NCBI GenBank assembly: GCA_963666295.1
Contig: OY762707.1
Span: 570,726 to 634,725 of the forward strand
Source: Burkholderiaceae bacterium
GTDB lineage: Bacteria; Pseudomonadota; Gammaproteobacteria; Burkholderiales; Burkholderiaceae_D
Direction: 5' to 3'
Length of the DNA: 64,000 nucleotides
Part shown: positions 51,949 to 61,782 of the stretch, one piece after another
Layout: every line of letters starts with the position of its first letter
Position numbering within the stretch: the first letter of the stretch is position 1
Notes under the pieces: model-generated
Told to the model about the DNA's origin: nothing
Seen by the model: only the letters and a program-made list of their open reading frames with translations
Databases searched by the model: none
Translations under genes and position numbers: made by a program

Positions 51949-52449
51949 TCAAGCCGCCATTTGTTCGATCAGACCAATTTCTTCCGAAGCCATCAGCGCC
52001 TCAATATCAACCAGAATGAGCATTCGCTCATCTATGGTTCCGATTCCAAGCAAATAATCCGTACTTAGGGCGCTGCCCATTTCGGGGGCTGGCATGACTT
52101 GATCGTGAGAAAGGGTGATCACATCGGATACGCTGTCAACGACCATGCCAATCACGCGCCTACCGATATTCAGAATGATCACAACGGTGAACTCGTCGTA
52201 TGTCGGTGTGCCAAGAGCCATCTTGATGCGCATATCAATGATTGGCACAATTGTGCCGCGTAAATTGACAACACCCTTCATATATTCAGGCGCATTGGCA
52301 ATGTGCGTTACGTTTTCGTACCCTCTGATTTCTTGTACCTTCAAAAGATCAACACCATATTCTTCCCGACCAAGCCTAAAGGCGAGAAACTGCGACACAG
52401 CATTAGCCGTGTTATCTTGCGCCAGCTTCAAATCGCTTTTTGTTTTCAT
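51949..52449 (-). CDS. cheW: chemotaxis coupling protein CheW
   Basis: FLAFRLGREEYGVDLLKVQEIRG, typical CheW. ATG 52449 is preceded by AGGAGG. Confidence 0.85.
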   Translation of the reverse strand: MKTKSDLKLAQDNTANAVSQFLAFRLGREEYGVDLLKVQEIRGYENVTHIANAPEYMKGVVNLRGTIVPIIDMRIKMALGTPTYDEFTVVIILNIGRRVIGMVVDSVSDVITLSHDQVMPAPEMGSALSTDYLLGIGTIDERMLILVDIEALMASEEIGLIEQMAA

Positions 52450-52726
52450 TCGTTCCTCCTTATCAGAAAAACACCTCTCGAACCCTTTTCTCACGTGTTA
52501 AAAAAAAGGCATCTTTTTCCCATACGACCCAAAAAATGATTTCTTTAACGCAACATATTGACATAATGCAAATTAGCGCAAAGTTTATGCAGTAAGTCAC
52601 TTATTCAGGCGTAGACGTGCCATAACCTGGCCCTCAAAGCCATTAAGCAATCCGATTTAACCAGAGAAAATGGGGTGCTTTGCACAGACCGATGCAAAGA
52701 AGCAAAGCAAGCGTCAACGCATGAAA

Positions 52727-53551
52727 TTAAGCTGCGCGCAACTCGTCGTGTTGTGAGGAAGGCTCACCTTCCTGAAGTTGTGTTGGCGCAGAAACAGCGT
52801 GCTCTGCCAGGCAGAGTCCACCAGCGCAAGCAATGGCCTCGCGTGCCTCAAAAGTCACCTGACGGCGATCTTCGCCATTCAGCCCCAGTGCCGGTGTTGC
52901 CGTCAATATTGCCATCGTACGTTTTTGGCTGATGATTGCCTTCATGCATTCACCGAAGGAAATGTCGCCATCATAACGTGGCGCCAAACTGCGCTTGCCA
53001 TCCAGTTCCCAATATGTAATCGCGATCGGCACGACTGGCCGTCTGGCTTCCAGTGCCGGCTGAACCAGTGCGCCATGAAACGGCAATACGCAACGCCCGT
53101 CGCTCGTCGTCCCCTCGGGAAAAACGGCAATGTGCTTGCCTTGCGCAAGCACTCTGGCGATCTGTGCATTCGTCATTCTGGCCTCTGAACGGCTGCCACG
53201 ACGCATGAAAATGGTGTCGTTTTTCATTGCCAGCCAGCCAAATACCGGCCAGTTGCGCACCTCTGCCTTAGCAACAAAAGCAGAAGGCAGCAAGGCATTA
53301 ATGACAAAAACATCTACCCAGGAAATGTGATTCGCCACCAGCATGGCCCCAGGCACCACTTCCGTCAGATTACCCTGCACATCAATTCCCATCGCATGCA
53401 ATAAAACCGCCGACCAGCGCTTTTTAAGCGCCCGTCTTCGATCATCACCACATAGCGGGAAAATAAAAAGAGAGGTAAAAACACCGCGGAAAATCAACCA
53501 CGTGATGCGACACCACCTGAACAGGCGGGTAGAAACGCTTGCCTGTTCCAA
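52727..53551 (-). CDS. olsA: lysophospholipid (PlsC-type) acyltransferase, likely OlsA
   Basis: 274 aa. NHISWVD (Hx4D) and FPEGT motifs. Directly downstream of the OlsB-like gene. Confidence 0.6.
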   Translation of the reverse strand: MEQASVSTRLFRWCRITWLIFRGVFTSLFIFPLCGDDRRRALKKRWSAVLLHAMGIDVQGNLTEVVPGAMLVANHISWVDVFVINALLPSAFVAKAEVRNWPVFGWLAMKNDTIFMRRGSRSEARMTNAQIARVLAQGKHIAVFPEGTTSDGRCVLPFHGALVQPALEARRPVVPIAITYWELDGKRSLAPRYDGDISFGECMKAIISQKRTMAILTATPALGLNGEDRRQVTFEAREAIACAGGLCLAEHAVSAPTQLQEGEPSSQHDELRAA

Positions 53552-53555
53552 TTGC

Positions 53556-54308
53556 TTACCCCAGGTAGTGCTTGGCGTAACGATCCGTTACCTTGGCCAT
53601 GGGCATCAAGATATGCAAATCTGCCGTATTGAAATCCGGATCCCATGCTGGTTCACCACAAATCCAGGCGCCAGCGCGCAAATACCCCTTGATCAGTGGT
53701 GGAATTTCTGCCTCACGATCCTTTTGCAGCGCCTCCATCGGCAGTGGGCAAAGCGGAAAAACACGGTATTCCATCGGCCCCAAATGGTCGTCAGCCAGCT
53801 TATGATAAAGGCTGGCTGCCATGTGCCCGCCATCTGCCATGCTAACCGAAGCACACCCCATCAGATAATCGTAACCATTGTTTTGCATGTATTCGGCCAG
53901 CCCTGACCACAGTAACGCAATCGTCGCGCCAGTACGATAATCCGGATGTACACAGGAACGACCAATTTCAACCAGACGCGGACGCAAATGCTGCAAGCGC
54001 GTCAGATCGAATTCGTTTTCCGAGTAATAACCCACTTTCCAGGCATTTTCCGGAGACAGGATACGATAAGTCCCGACCACTTCACCCGTCTGACCATCCT
54101 GTGCAATCAGGTGATCGCAGTACGGGTCGTAAATATCCTGATCCACCCCTGGTATACGGCTTTGCAGGCGAGCGCCCATCTCTCCGGCGAAAACGTTGTA
54201 ACGCAAGCGCTGTGCGTCAAGAATTTCACTCTTGCTACGCGCCAGGCCAACAGTCAGCTTTCTTTTTTTCGGACGCTCTTGACTAGCACCCAGTTGAACT
54301 TGCTGCAT
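53556..54308 (-). CDS. olsB: GNAT-type N-acyltransferase, likely ornithine lipid synthase OlsB
   Basis: 250 aa. AQRLRYNVFAGEMGA and the overall OlsB / hemolysin-like acyltransferase pattern. Confidence 0.6.
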   Translation of the reverse strand: MQQVQLGASQERPKKRKLTVGLARSKSEILDAQRLRYNVFAGEMGARLQSRIPGVDQDIYDPYCDHLIAQDGQTGEVVGTYRILSPENAWKVGYYSENEFDLTRLQHLRPRLVEIGRSCVHPDYRTGATIALLWSGLAEYMQNNGYDYLMGCASVSMADGGHMAASLYHKLADDHLGPMEYRVFPLCPLPMEALQKDREAEIPPLIKGYLRAGAWICGEPAWDPDFNTADLHILMPMAKVTDRYAKHYLG

Positions 54309-54657
54309 CCACTCCTCCTTGAACAGTCGGTATTTCGATGCAGTAAGTCTGCGCCATATGCGTTACAGCAACATTACCGGGATATGACCGTTTTGTTTCG
54401 AGCAGGCGTGATTGACCAAAATCAACGTATCCCCCGTTAACTGTCCAATGCTATAGCGCCAACCCAATCACGCGCTTACATTACCCAAAAGCAACAAGTT
54501 CCCTCTTATAAAAACAAGAATAGCCCACAGCAATTTCCTGATGGGCCGGTGTTTCATCCCAAAGAAAGGCTGCAGACTTTGGTCACCACTGGCTTACCAA
54601 TGCCTGTTTTCTGTGCTTGCCTCTATCAATCATGCATAACCAACATGAAGGGTTGCA

Positions 54658-56454
54658 ATGAAACTATTTTCTTTCAGATCACTCAGCATCGGAAAAAAGC
54701 TCGGGGCCTTGATCATCTGCATGCTTGTAGGAATTTATGCGCTGACTGGCTTTTTTCTTGCCTCAGAAGAAAAATTATTGATGAGCGAACGACAACAAAA
54801 AGTTCAGAATACAGTTGAAACCACCTACGGCGTTCTGGAGCACTTTCACAGCCTGGAAGCCAAAGGCGTCCTTTCAGCGCATCAGGCACAACAAAGTGCA
54901 CTTCAAACTATCCGCGGCATGCGCTATGACGGATCGGAATACTTCTGGATTAACGACATGACCCCAAAAATGGTCATGCACCCGATTAAACCGGCGCTAG
55001 ACGGCAAGGAACTCAGTGGCATCAAGGACCCGGCAGGAAAGGCGCTTTTCATGGAAATGGTCGACGTCGCTGAAAAGCAGGGGGCCGGGTTTGTTAACTA
55101 CATGTGGACGAAACCGGGAAGCGAAAAACCCGTTGACAAGGTTTCCTACATAAAAGGATTCAAGCCGTGGGGATGGATTGTTGGCTCCGGCGTTTATGTC
55201 GACAATGTCCACGCAGCCATCATGAACCGTCTAATGCTCTTTCTGGCCGGTGGCTCAGGTGTCGCGCTTACTCTTCTAATCGTCGGTATGTTCATTACAC
55301 GCTCAATCAGGAATCCGTTGAGAAAAGCCGTACAAGTTGCGCAAACAGTGGCTTCCGGCGATTTGACCAGTGACATTCAAGTCCATTCAGCCGATGAAAC
55401 CGGACAACTTCTACAGGCACTCAAAGATATGAACGAAAGTCTAGCGCGCACTGTCAACCATGTTCGCACCAGCAGCCACACCATAGCTGCGGCCTCGAAA
55501 CAAGTTGCTGCGGGCAGCATGGATTTGTCTATTCGTGCAGAACAGCAAGCCAGTTCATTAGAAGAAACCGCCTCCTCAATGGAAGAACTAACCTCAACCG
55601 TTCGACAAAATGCAAACAATACCAACCAAGCAAACCAACTCTCCATCAAGGCATCCAGCATTGCAGAAAAGGGGGGGGAAGTGTTTTCGGAAATGGTTAC
55701 GACGATGAGTTCTATAAACGCCTCTTCTCAAAAAATGGCAGACATCATTGGCGTTATCGACGGCATTGCCTTCCAGACCAATATTTTGGCACTGAACGCT
55801 TCTGTTGAAGCCGCGCGCGCAGGCGAACAAGGCCGCGGTTTTGCCGTGGTGGCCTCTGAAGTAAGGAACCTTGCACAGCGTAGCGCCGATGCAGCACGTG
55901 AAATCAAAACGTTAATTGACGACTCCATTGAAAAGGTCAACGCTGGCAACCAATTGGTAGAAACAGCCGGCTCGACCATGGAAGAAGTGGTAAACAGTAT
56001 CCGGTGCGTACATGAAATCATGAAAGAAATTACAGCCGCCAATCAGGAGCAAAGCGACGGTATTGAGCAGGTAAATCAGGCTGTTAGTCAAATGGATCAA
56101 GCAACTCAACAAAATGCTGCCTTGGTTGAAGAAGCGGCCGCAGCAGCCGAGAGCATGCAAGAACAGTCGGTAGCATTAACTGACGCCGTGAGCATTTTCA
56201 AGCTAAATGCACACGAAACCCGTGCGCTTTCCCAAAACGCCTCACCCTCTGAACAGGTCAGGACCTCTCGATCGGCCATTTCAAATCCAGGACCAGAGCA
56301 GCCCAAACTGACAACCGTGGCTCGCAAAGAGCGCCGGGGGCCGAACCGTGCAAAGAATGTCACACGCCTTCCGGCGCACCCTGCTGAACGAGAAACAAAG
56401 GAACAACAAAAGGTGGCGAACACTTCATTTGAATCTGAGTGGGAAGAGTTCTGA
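54658..56454 (+). CDS. methyl-accepting chemotaxis protein with single-Cache sensor
   Basis: 598 aa. Cache-like periplasmic motif (YFWINDMTPKMVMHP...GWIVGSG), HAMP, and the conserved MCP signalling hairpin. Confidence 0.9.
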   Translation: MKLFSFRSLSIGKKLGALIICMLVGIYALTGFFLASEEKLLMSERQQKVQNTVETTYGVLEHFHSLEAKGVLSAHQAQQSALQTIRGMRYDGSEYFWINDMTPKMVMHPIKPALDGKELSGIKDPAGKALFMEMVDVAEKQGAGFVNYMWTKPGSEKPVDKVSYIKGFKPWGWIVGSGVYVDNVHAAIMNRLMLFLAGGSGVALTLLIVGMFITRSIRNPLRKAVQVAQTVASGDLTSDIQVHSADETGQLLQALKDMNESLARTVNHVRTSSHTIAAASKQVAAGSMDLSIRAEQQASSLEETASSMEELTSTVRQNANNTNQANQLSIKASSIAEKGGEVFSEMVTTMSSINASSQKMADIIGVIDGIAFQTNILALNASVEAARAGEQGRGFAVVASEVRNLAQRSADAAREIKTLIDDSIEKVNAGNQLVETAGSTMEEVVNSIRCVHEIMKEITAANQEQSDGIEQVNQAVSQMDQATQQNAALVEEAAAAAESMQEQSVALTDAVSIFKLNAHETRALSQNASPSEQVRTSRSAISNPGPEQPKLTTVARKERRGPNRAKNVTRLPAHPAERETKEQQKVANTSFESEWEEF

Positions 56455-56876
56455 TCATCCACTTTTTGTTTTCATAATGAAAAGAGGGTCTCCATAAGGA
56501 AGCCCTTTAAAGCAAATGCAAATTTAATCAAATTGTCTGCCTTGATGCACTCAAAAAAGGGCAACAGGCACAGTCATTAGAACTCTTCACAACCGTTTTT
56601 GCGTACCCAACATTGTTCTCCAATCTCATGCCACACGGTTCAAGCAACCATCTTTTATCCAACATCAAATCATCACGCTCGAAAAGTGGTGTAATGAAAA
56701 TCCACGTTTCAAGGCAACTGTCGAAAATGACATTTTCTGAAACATCAGAAGCGGAAAAGCAAAAGCTCACCACCGCCCTAACCACGCATCTAAAGCGGAC
56801 AAGCAAAAACACTTTTTTTGTTTGTATGTAACCCAAACAAGCAAAATGGTTTTTACTGAAAACTCAGGAGGCAATC

Positions 56877-57116
56877 ATGCTGATAGAAAACATTGGTAAT
56901 TATTTAATGCGCTTTACGGCAAACCCCTATCTGATAAACCGATACAGGCACGACGATGGCTTTTGCGAATACCGCACCTCATGCGGCATTGAGGCGCAAC
57001 CGCTTTCCGATGATCTATCCTCATTTTTACTAAGGGAAGTTGACGGCGTTATTGACCGCGTTGATCTCTATCTTTCCTATTCAGCGCCAGCCGGTATGCG
57101 GCAACCCGAAGCATGA
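56877..57116 (+). CDS. hypothetical small protein
   Basis: 79 aa. Strong SD (CAGGAGG) 5 nt upstream. Followed by a terminator. No family recognised. Confidence 0.45.
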   Translation: MLIENIGNYLMRFTANPYLINRYRHDDGFCEYRTSCGIEAQPLSDDLSSFLLREVDGVIDRVDLYLSYSAPAGMRQPEA

Positions 57117-57120
57117 CAAA

Positions 57121-57153
57121 AAGCGCGCTGGTGCGGCATACACCAGCGCGCTT
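57121..57153. terminator. bidirectional rho-independent terminator
   Basis: 13-bp perfect stem AAGCGCGCTGGTG / CACCAGCGCGCTT with a 7-nt loop. T runs on both strands, between convergent genes. Confidence 0.7.
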
Positions 57154-57190
57154 TTCACGAAATCATGTACCAGAAATGCCAATCAGCGCA

Positions 57191-59215
57191 TCAAACCCCG
57201 TCGCGTGGAATAAACCGATTCCAGTTTTCTGAAAAGACGCGGTTTTCACCTTCATAGGCATCGAGTTCGGCGCAAATATAAAAGTGCGTGATGTCAGCAG
57301 TAAGGACTGTTCTGGTCGTTATGCGTACCGACCAGTCACCCCGACGGAAGGTGCGCTCAGTGCGATTTTCGCCGCGCGCAGAAGTGAAATCATCTCCCTG
57401 GTAGGTATACCATTCTCTGGAGCTTCCTCCGACTTCCAGATCAATGTCTTCAATGCGATAGAGGCCTTCGTCATTAATGACTTCTTGCACCGAAACATCT
57501 TTCGCCAGATCACGATGCACCAACCAATTGTGATGCGGCTGCTCTAGGTACTCAATAGCCGGAGGTGATGCTCCTGCCGCTTCTTCAAATTGAACCGTGC
57601 GATCAATGCCTTGGGGCGTGCGTATCGGCAGCTTTAAGGTACTGTTTTCAGTATAAATGCTCAGGCGTGCTGCTTCTGGCGGCGGCCAGGCAAGCGGCCA
57701 GTAAGAAGTGGAGATAGAAAGCCGAATGCGATGGCCTGCGGGAAATTGCTGTGAAACATTGTTCATAACCACTTTGATGCGATAGCGCTGCCCAGGCTCC
57801 AGTGGTTCTGACAAGTCATTACCATTGCGGCGCGTGAGATTGAGCAAGCCGTAGGTAACACGGGTTGCCTTGTCATCCGGCGCGACGTCCGAAAGACGTA
57901 CAGCCACCATTGCTGTTGGGCGATTAGCGGCCAACTCCAGTTCCACCTCTGGGGCACCAAGCATTTCGAGTGCATCTTCCAGTGGCGCGCTTTCATAGAT
58001 CAGTGCACCACCATCCTCCTCACGCTGGTCATAGGGCAAATCCGGTGCCGCCGTGTAGGAACACCACTTTCCTGCAAAAAGTCCGACACTTAATGGCGAT
58101 TGCAGTGTTTGCACCGCATCGCCACGACGCCGTTGCTCGGCATTTAATACGAGACGATAGGGCGCCATGGCAAAAGTGCGCCAGATGACATTCTCAGAAG
58201 GCCATTGCGTCTCCGCAATCCAGCGGCCGGGGCGATGTTCATAGCGCGTCGTGGGCGGCACGCTATCCTGCATCCAGACGCGCAACATCGGCTCATCCAT
58301 GATGCCGGTTTCCTCCCCCTTGAGCCAATAATCCCACCAGCGCAAACTCTCCTGCAAAAAGCCAATAGCCGGACCCGGACTGCCAAGATGGGGGTATCGG
58401 TGTCCCCAGGGGCCAACCAGCCCGAGACGCGGTACATCAAGATGTTCCAGCAGGCGGAAAACCGCATTGGTGTAGCCATCCGACCAGCCACCCACTGCCA
58501 TGACGGAACAGCGAACGCCCGCATAGTCTTCGCACACGGAACCATGCTTCCAGTAATCGTCACGACGTTGGTGGCGCAGCCAGATATCCAGCCACAAGCC
58601 GCTACCAGCAAGGCGCTCCAACCACATATCCCGCCACTTCCCACCCACCAGTTGCGGATCGGGCGGGCAACTGTTAGCAGCAAACATGGTGGTCGATTCG
58701 GAGAGATTATCCGTGAGCAGACACCCGCCCATGTAATGCATGTTGTCCAGATATAAATCATCGGTTGAGCAGGCGGTAATGATGGCTTTCAAGCCTGGTG
58801 GCTGCATGGCGGCCACTTGCAAGCTGTTAAACCCGCCCCACGAAATCCCCATCATGCCGACATGGCCATTGCACCATGGCTGCTCGGTCAACCATCGGAT
58901 CACGGCAGCACCGTCATCCATTTCCTCCTGACGGTACTGGTCAACCAGCACACCCTCTGAATCACCCGAGCCGCGGATATCGACCCGAATACAGGCATAA
59001 CCGTGCCCTGCCAGATAGCGGTGCGTGATGTCATCACGCACGCGGGTGCGGTCACGCTTGCGGTAAGGAATATATTCAAAAATGGCAGGCACCGGATTTT
59101 GCTCCGCGCCCACCGGCAGCCATAACCGTGCTGCCAGGCGAATGCCATCATCCATCGTGATCAGGAGGTGCTCGGTAACCCTGACTTCAAAGGGGAGCGC
59201 ATCAACATACTTCAT
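57191..59215 (-). CDS. CocE/NonD-family (S15 X-Pro dipeptidyl-peptidase-like) hydrolase
   Basis: 674 aa. GISWGG nucleophile elbow, PAIFEYIPYRK N-terminal region, and a large C-terminal beta domain. Confidence 0.75.
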   Translation of the reverse strand: MKYVDALPFEVRVTEHLLITMDDGIRLAARLWLPVGAEQNPVPAIFEYIPYRKRDRTRVRDDITHRYLAGHGYACIRVDIRGSGDSEGVLVDQYRQEEMDDGAAVIRWLTEQPWCNGHVGMMGISWGGFNSLQVAAMQPPGLKAIITACSTDDLYLDNMHYMGGCLLTDNLSESTTMFAANSCPPDPQLVGGKWRDMWLERLAGSGLWLDIWLRHQRRDDYWKHGSVCEDYAGVRCSVMAVGGWSDGYTNAVFRLLEHLDVPRLGLVGPWGHRYPHLGSPGPAIGFLQESLRWWDYWLKGEETGIMDEPMLRVWMQDSVPPTTRYEHRPGRWIAETQWPSENVIWRTFAMAPYRLVLNAEQRRRGDAVQTLQSPLSVGLFAGKWCSYTAAPDLPYDQREEDGGALIYESAPLEDALEMLGAPEVELELAANRPTAMVAVRLSDVAPDDKATRVTYGLLNLTRRNGNDLSEPLEPGQRYRIKVVMNNVSQQFPAGHRIRLSISTSYWPLAWPPPEAARLSIYTENSTLKLPIRTPQGIDRTVQFEEAAGASPPAIEYLEQPHHNWLVHRDLAKDVSVQEVINDEGLYRIEDIDLEVGGSSREWYTYQGDDFTSARGENRTERTFRRGDWSVRITTRTVLTADITHFYICAELDAYEGENRVFSENWNRFIPRDGV

Positions 59216-60516
59216 GCCCGAGCCTCAAGTGGTGCATACTCGAATGTCAGGATTTCCCGGCAACGCTCATAATGTTCCATCAGGTGCTGGTGGCTGTCCG
59301 CGCCCAAAAGAACAATGGCAACCTCATAGCTGTAGCTGCTCTGATCCCGCAAGCTGGAGAGCGGCTTGCCTTCCTCTGCCTCGATAAACACCTCGGTACC
59401 GGGAAACTCCTTTTGTACCTGCTCGATTTCCTTTTGTCCCGGCACGCGCGTTACCAGCGCATTTTCATAGTGGCGTAACATAAATTTGGCCGCGCAGTTG
59501 AACTTTCCTTCGGGGCGCGGATAGTCCGGCTTTTCACCCAGCGCCAATTCCACTGCCACTTCAACATTGGGCGTACCGTGAACCCGCTCGAACATGTCGC
59601 TCAGTGACCGTGAAACACGCGGATTAACCTCAATAAGCTTCAATTCATCGTTGCTTTCATTCCAGATAAATTCAAGATTGAACGGCGCATTGTCCAACCC
59701 TATCTGTGACAGCAAACGCTTGGTAACCTCAATGCTCCTGTCTTGCATCTGTTGTGGCCAGACAGACGGATATTCGTAACTGGAAAAACTCTTGCCCGTA
59801 GCATCCATGACCGTATCGGTAATGCCATTGACATGCACTTCGCCATGGTAGACAAAGCCTTCGGGGCCATTCTGCCGGTTCCCGCTTATGATCTCCTCGG
59901 CAAGACAGTGGTTGCCGCCTATGCCTTCGACCTCTGGTGGCAGTTCCGCATGCTTCAGTGCCATGTTGAAAGCACTGCCAAGCTTGGGAAGCTTGTCGCG
60001 TATAATTTCCAGATCCCGGTAAAAAGTGGCTTCACTGTCGACATAAAAACCGAGATAAGAGCCAAAGGATTTAATCGGTTTGACCCAAAAGGGGAATCGT
60101 AGCGAAATTTGTGCCAAAGGGTCGTCCGCGAATGGGTCGAATGCGCAAAATGCTGGCGTGTATTCCGGAATGATCTTCCGATGCTCAAGGCGTGCCCAGT
60201 ATTTGTGGCCGCACTTCAAAATATCTTCCAGCGACGGCGAAGGCAGGGCAAATTTTTTGCACAGAATCGGCACCAATGCATCGGCGGGGAAATCCCAGTA
60301 ACTGAAAATCGCATCGACCTTGCCAGAAAAATGCCGCAACTGATTTTCTGCCTTCTTCAGCATATCCTCAAACGGATAATGATTCAGTCTGGTTTTAACG
60401 ACTTCGTTGTAATCCAGCAAGGCATGAAATTGATATCGTTCGGCATTCCGAATAGCCTGCAATTTGCGCAAACCGTACGGATCAAGTCCAACGACAAAGA
60501 TGTTTTTCTTTATCAT
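59212..60516 (-). CDS. ATP-grasp domain protein
   Basis: Starts MIKKNIFVVGLD at ATG 60516 after GGAGGTG. C-terminal NLEFIW....LKLIEVNPR ATP-grasp motif. The stop overlaps the start of the hydrolase gene by 4 nt. Confidence 0.65.
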   Translation of the reverse strand: MIKKNIFVVGLDPYGLRKLQAIRNAERYQFHALLDYNEVVKTRLNHYPFEDMLKKAENQLRHFSGKVDAIFSYWDFPADALVPILCKKFALPSPSLEDILKCGHKYWARLEHRKIIPEYTPAFCAFDPFADDPLAQISLRFPFWVKPIKSFGSYLGFYVDSEATFYRDLEIIRDKLPKLGSAFNMALKHAELPPEVEGIGGNHCLAEEIISGNRQNGPEGFVYHGEVHVNGITDTVMDATGKSFSSYEYPSVWPQQMQDRSIEVTKRLLSQIGLDNAPFNLEFIWNESNDELKLIEVNPRVSRSLSDMFERVHGTPNVEVAVELALGEKPDYPRPEGKFNCAAKFMLRHYENALVTRVPGQKEIEQVQKEFPGTEVFIEAEEGKPLSSLRDQSSYSYEVAIVLLGADSHQHLMEHYERCREILTFEYAPLEARA

Positions 60517-60856
60517 GCAAACCCACCTCCAAACTATCAGCGCAAACTCAAAATGACGCCTGGAGTGGCGCGTCACTCCAAGTGATGCTCCTGTTCTAGT
60601 TGAAAATGTTATAGCGCTGCATGGAATTCAACATGAGAAATCACAAAGAACACGGTCCTGTCTTGGGATAACGCAACAGGAATAGACATTCATCGAAGCG
60701 CGCAAATTTTTGCGCGTCCAAAAATACTCCTGCAGCTAACTTCCGCATCAATCTACAAAAGTTTGGTGGAATCGTCAGTCATGCCATAATCTTCTGGAAC
60801 TGCACATAACACCAAAGAGTGCTTCATCACCCCCCAACCAGATAAGGACTCATGCC

Positions 60857-61438
60857 ATGAAAAACATATTAATCATCGACGCCGGCAAGGAATTCGGTGC
60901 CTCTCAAGGCAAGCTCAGCGCCTATCTTTGCGACATTGCCGAGGAAACACTAGCCAAAGCCGGACACAGCGTCAAAAGAACCCATGTTGATTCCGGGTAC
61001 GCGCATGAAGAAGAAGTGGAAAAATACCTTTGGGCCGACGCCGTCATTTACCAAATGCCGGCATGGTGGATGGGAGAGCCGTGGTCCATGAAAAAATATG
61101 TCGACGAAGTATTCATGACCGGTTTTGGTCGGCTGTTCAAGGACGACGGTCGTTCAAGCAAAGACCCAAAAAAGAATTACGGCAGAGGCGGCCTGCTGCA
61201 AGGCAAGAAATACATGCTTTCGGTCACCTGGAATGCGCCGGTAGAAGCCTTCACCGACCCCAACGAGTTTTTTGAAGGCAAAGGCGTTGACGCGGTCTAC
61301 TTCCCGTTTCACAAGGCCAACCAGTTTATCGGCCTCTCTCCATTGCCGACCTTCATGTGCAACGACGTCATTAAGGCGCCTGACGTCGAAAACGACGTTA
61401 TTCGGTATCAGGAGCATTTGAACAGGCATTTCTCCTGA
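60857..61438 (+). CDS. mdaB: NADPH:quinone oxidoreductase MdaB
   Basis: 193 aa, near-colinear with E. coli MdaB as I recall it (NILIIxG, FLWADxVIxQMPxWWMGxPWxxKKYxDxVF, GKKYMLSxTWNAP, PFHKANQFxG). Confidence 0.85.
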   Translation: MKNILIIDAGKEFGASQGKLSAYLCDIAEETLAKAGHSVKRTHVDSGYAHEEEVEKYLWADAVIYQMPAWWMGEPWSMKKYVDEVFMTGFGRLFKDDGRSSKDPKKNYGRGGLLQGKKYMLSVTWNAPVEAFTDPNEFFEGKGVDAVYFPFHKANQFIGLSPLPTFMCNDVIKAPDVENDVIRYQEHLNRHFS

Positions 61439-61472
61439 CTACTTCTCAAGCTCGCCGGACAATAAACTCAAT

Positions 61473-61501
61473 AAAAGCTCAATCATGTGGTTGAGCTTTT
61501 T
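61473..61501 (+). terminator. rho-independent terminator of mdaB
   Basis: AAAAGCTCAA-8 nt loop-TTGAGCTTTT followed by T. Confidence 0.65.
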
Positions 61502-61560
61502 AATGATGCAAAACAAAAAAGGCCGCATAAGCGACCTACTTACATAACACTTGATTTTAA

Positions 61561-61637
61561 TGGGGTGGCTGACGGGGATCGAACCCGCGACCACAGGAAT
61601 CACAATCCTGGGCTCTACCAACTGAGCTACAGCCACC
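61561..61637 (-). tRNA. tRNA-His (GUG)
   Basis: The reverse complement reads GGTGGCTGTAGCTCAGTTGGTAGAGCCCAGGATTGTGATTCCTGTGGTCGCGGGTTCGATCCCCGTCAGCCACCCCA. It has the extra 5' G(-1), anticodon loop TTGTGAT and an encoded CCA. Close to E. coli tRNA-His. Confidence 0.95.
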
Positions 61638-61782
61638 ACTGTAATGCATCCCCCAACCAAGCCAGCTCAGGGAATCACGGATTATACGAGATTCCCGATA
61701 GCGTGACAACAAATCGCTACTCACATTGCTTGCACTATTTTTTTAAATTTAATTGCGAAAAAACGTTATCCCACACCGCAAA

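Noticed and set aside
61561-61637. tRNA-His as attachment site of the accessory island
   Set aside because: It lies about 31 kb from the island edge, with housekeeping genes in between. There is no integrase and no partial tRNA repeat nearby.
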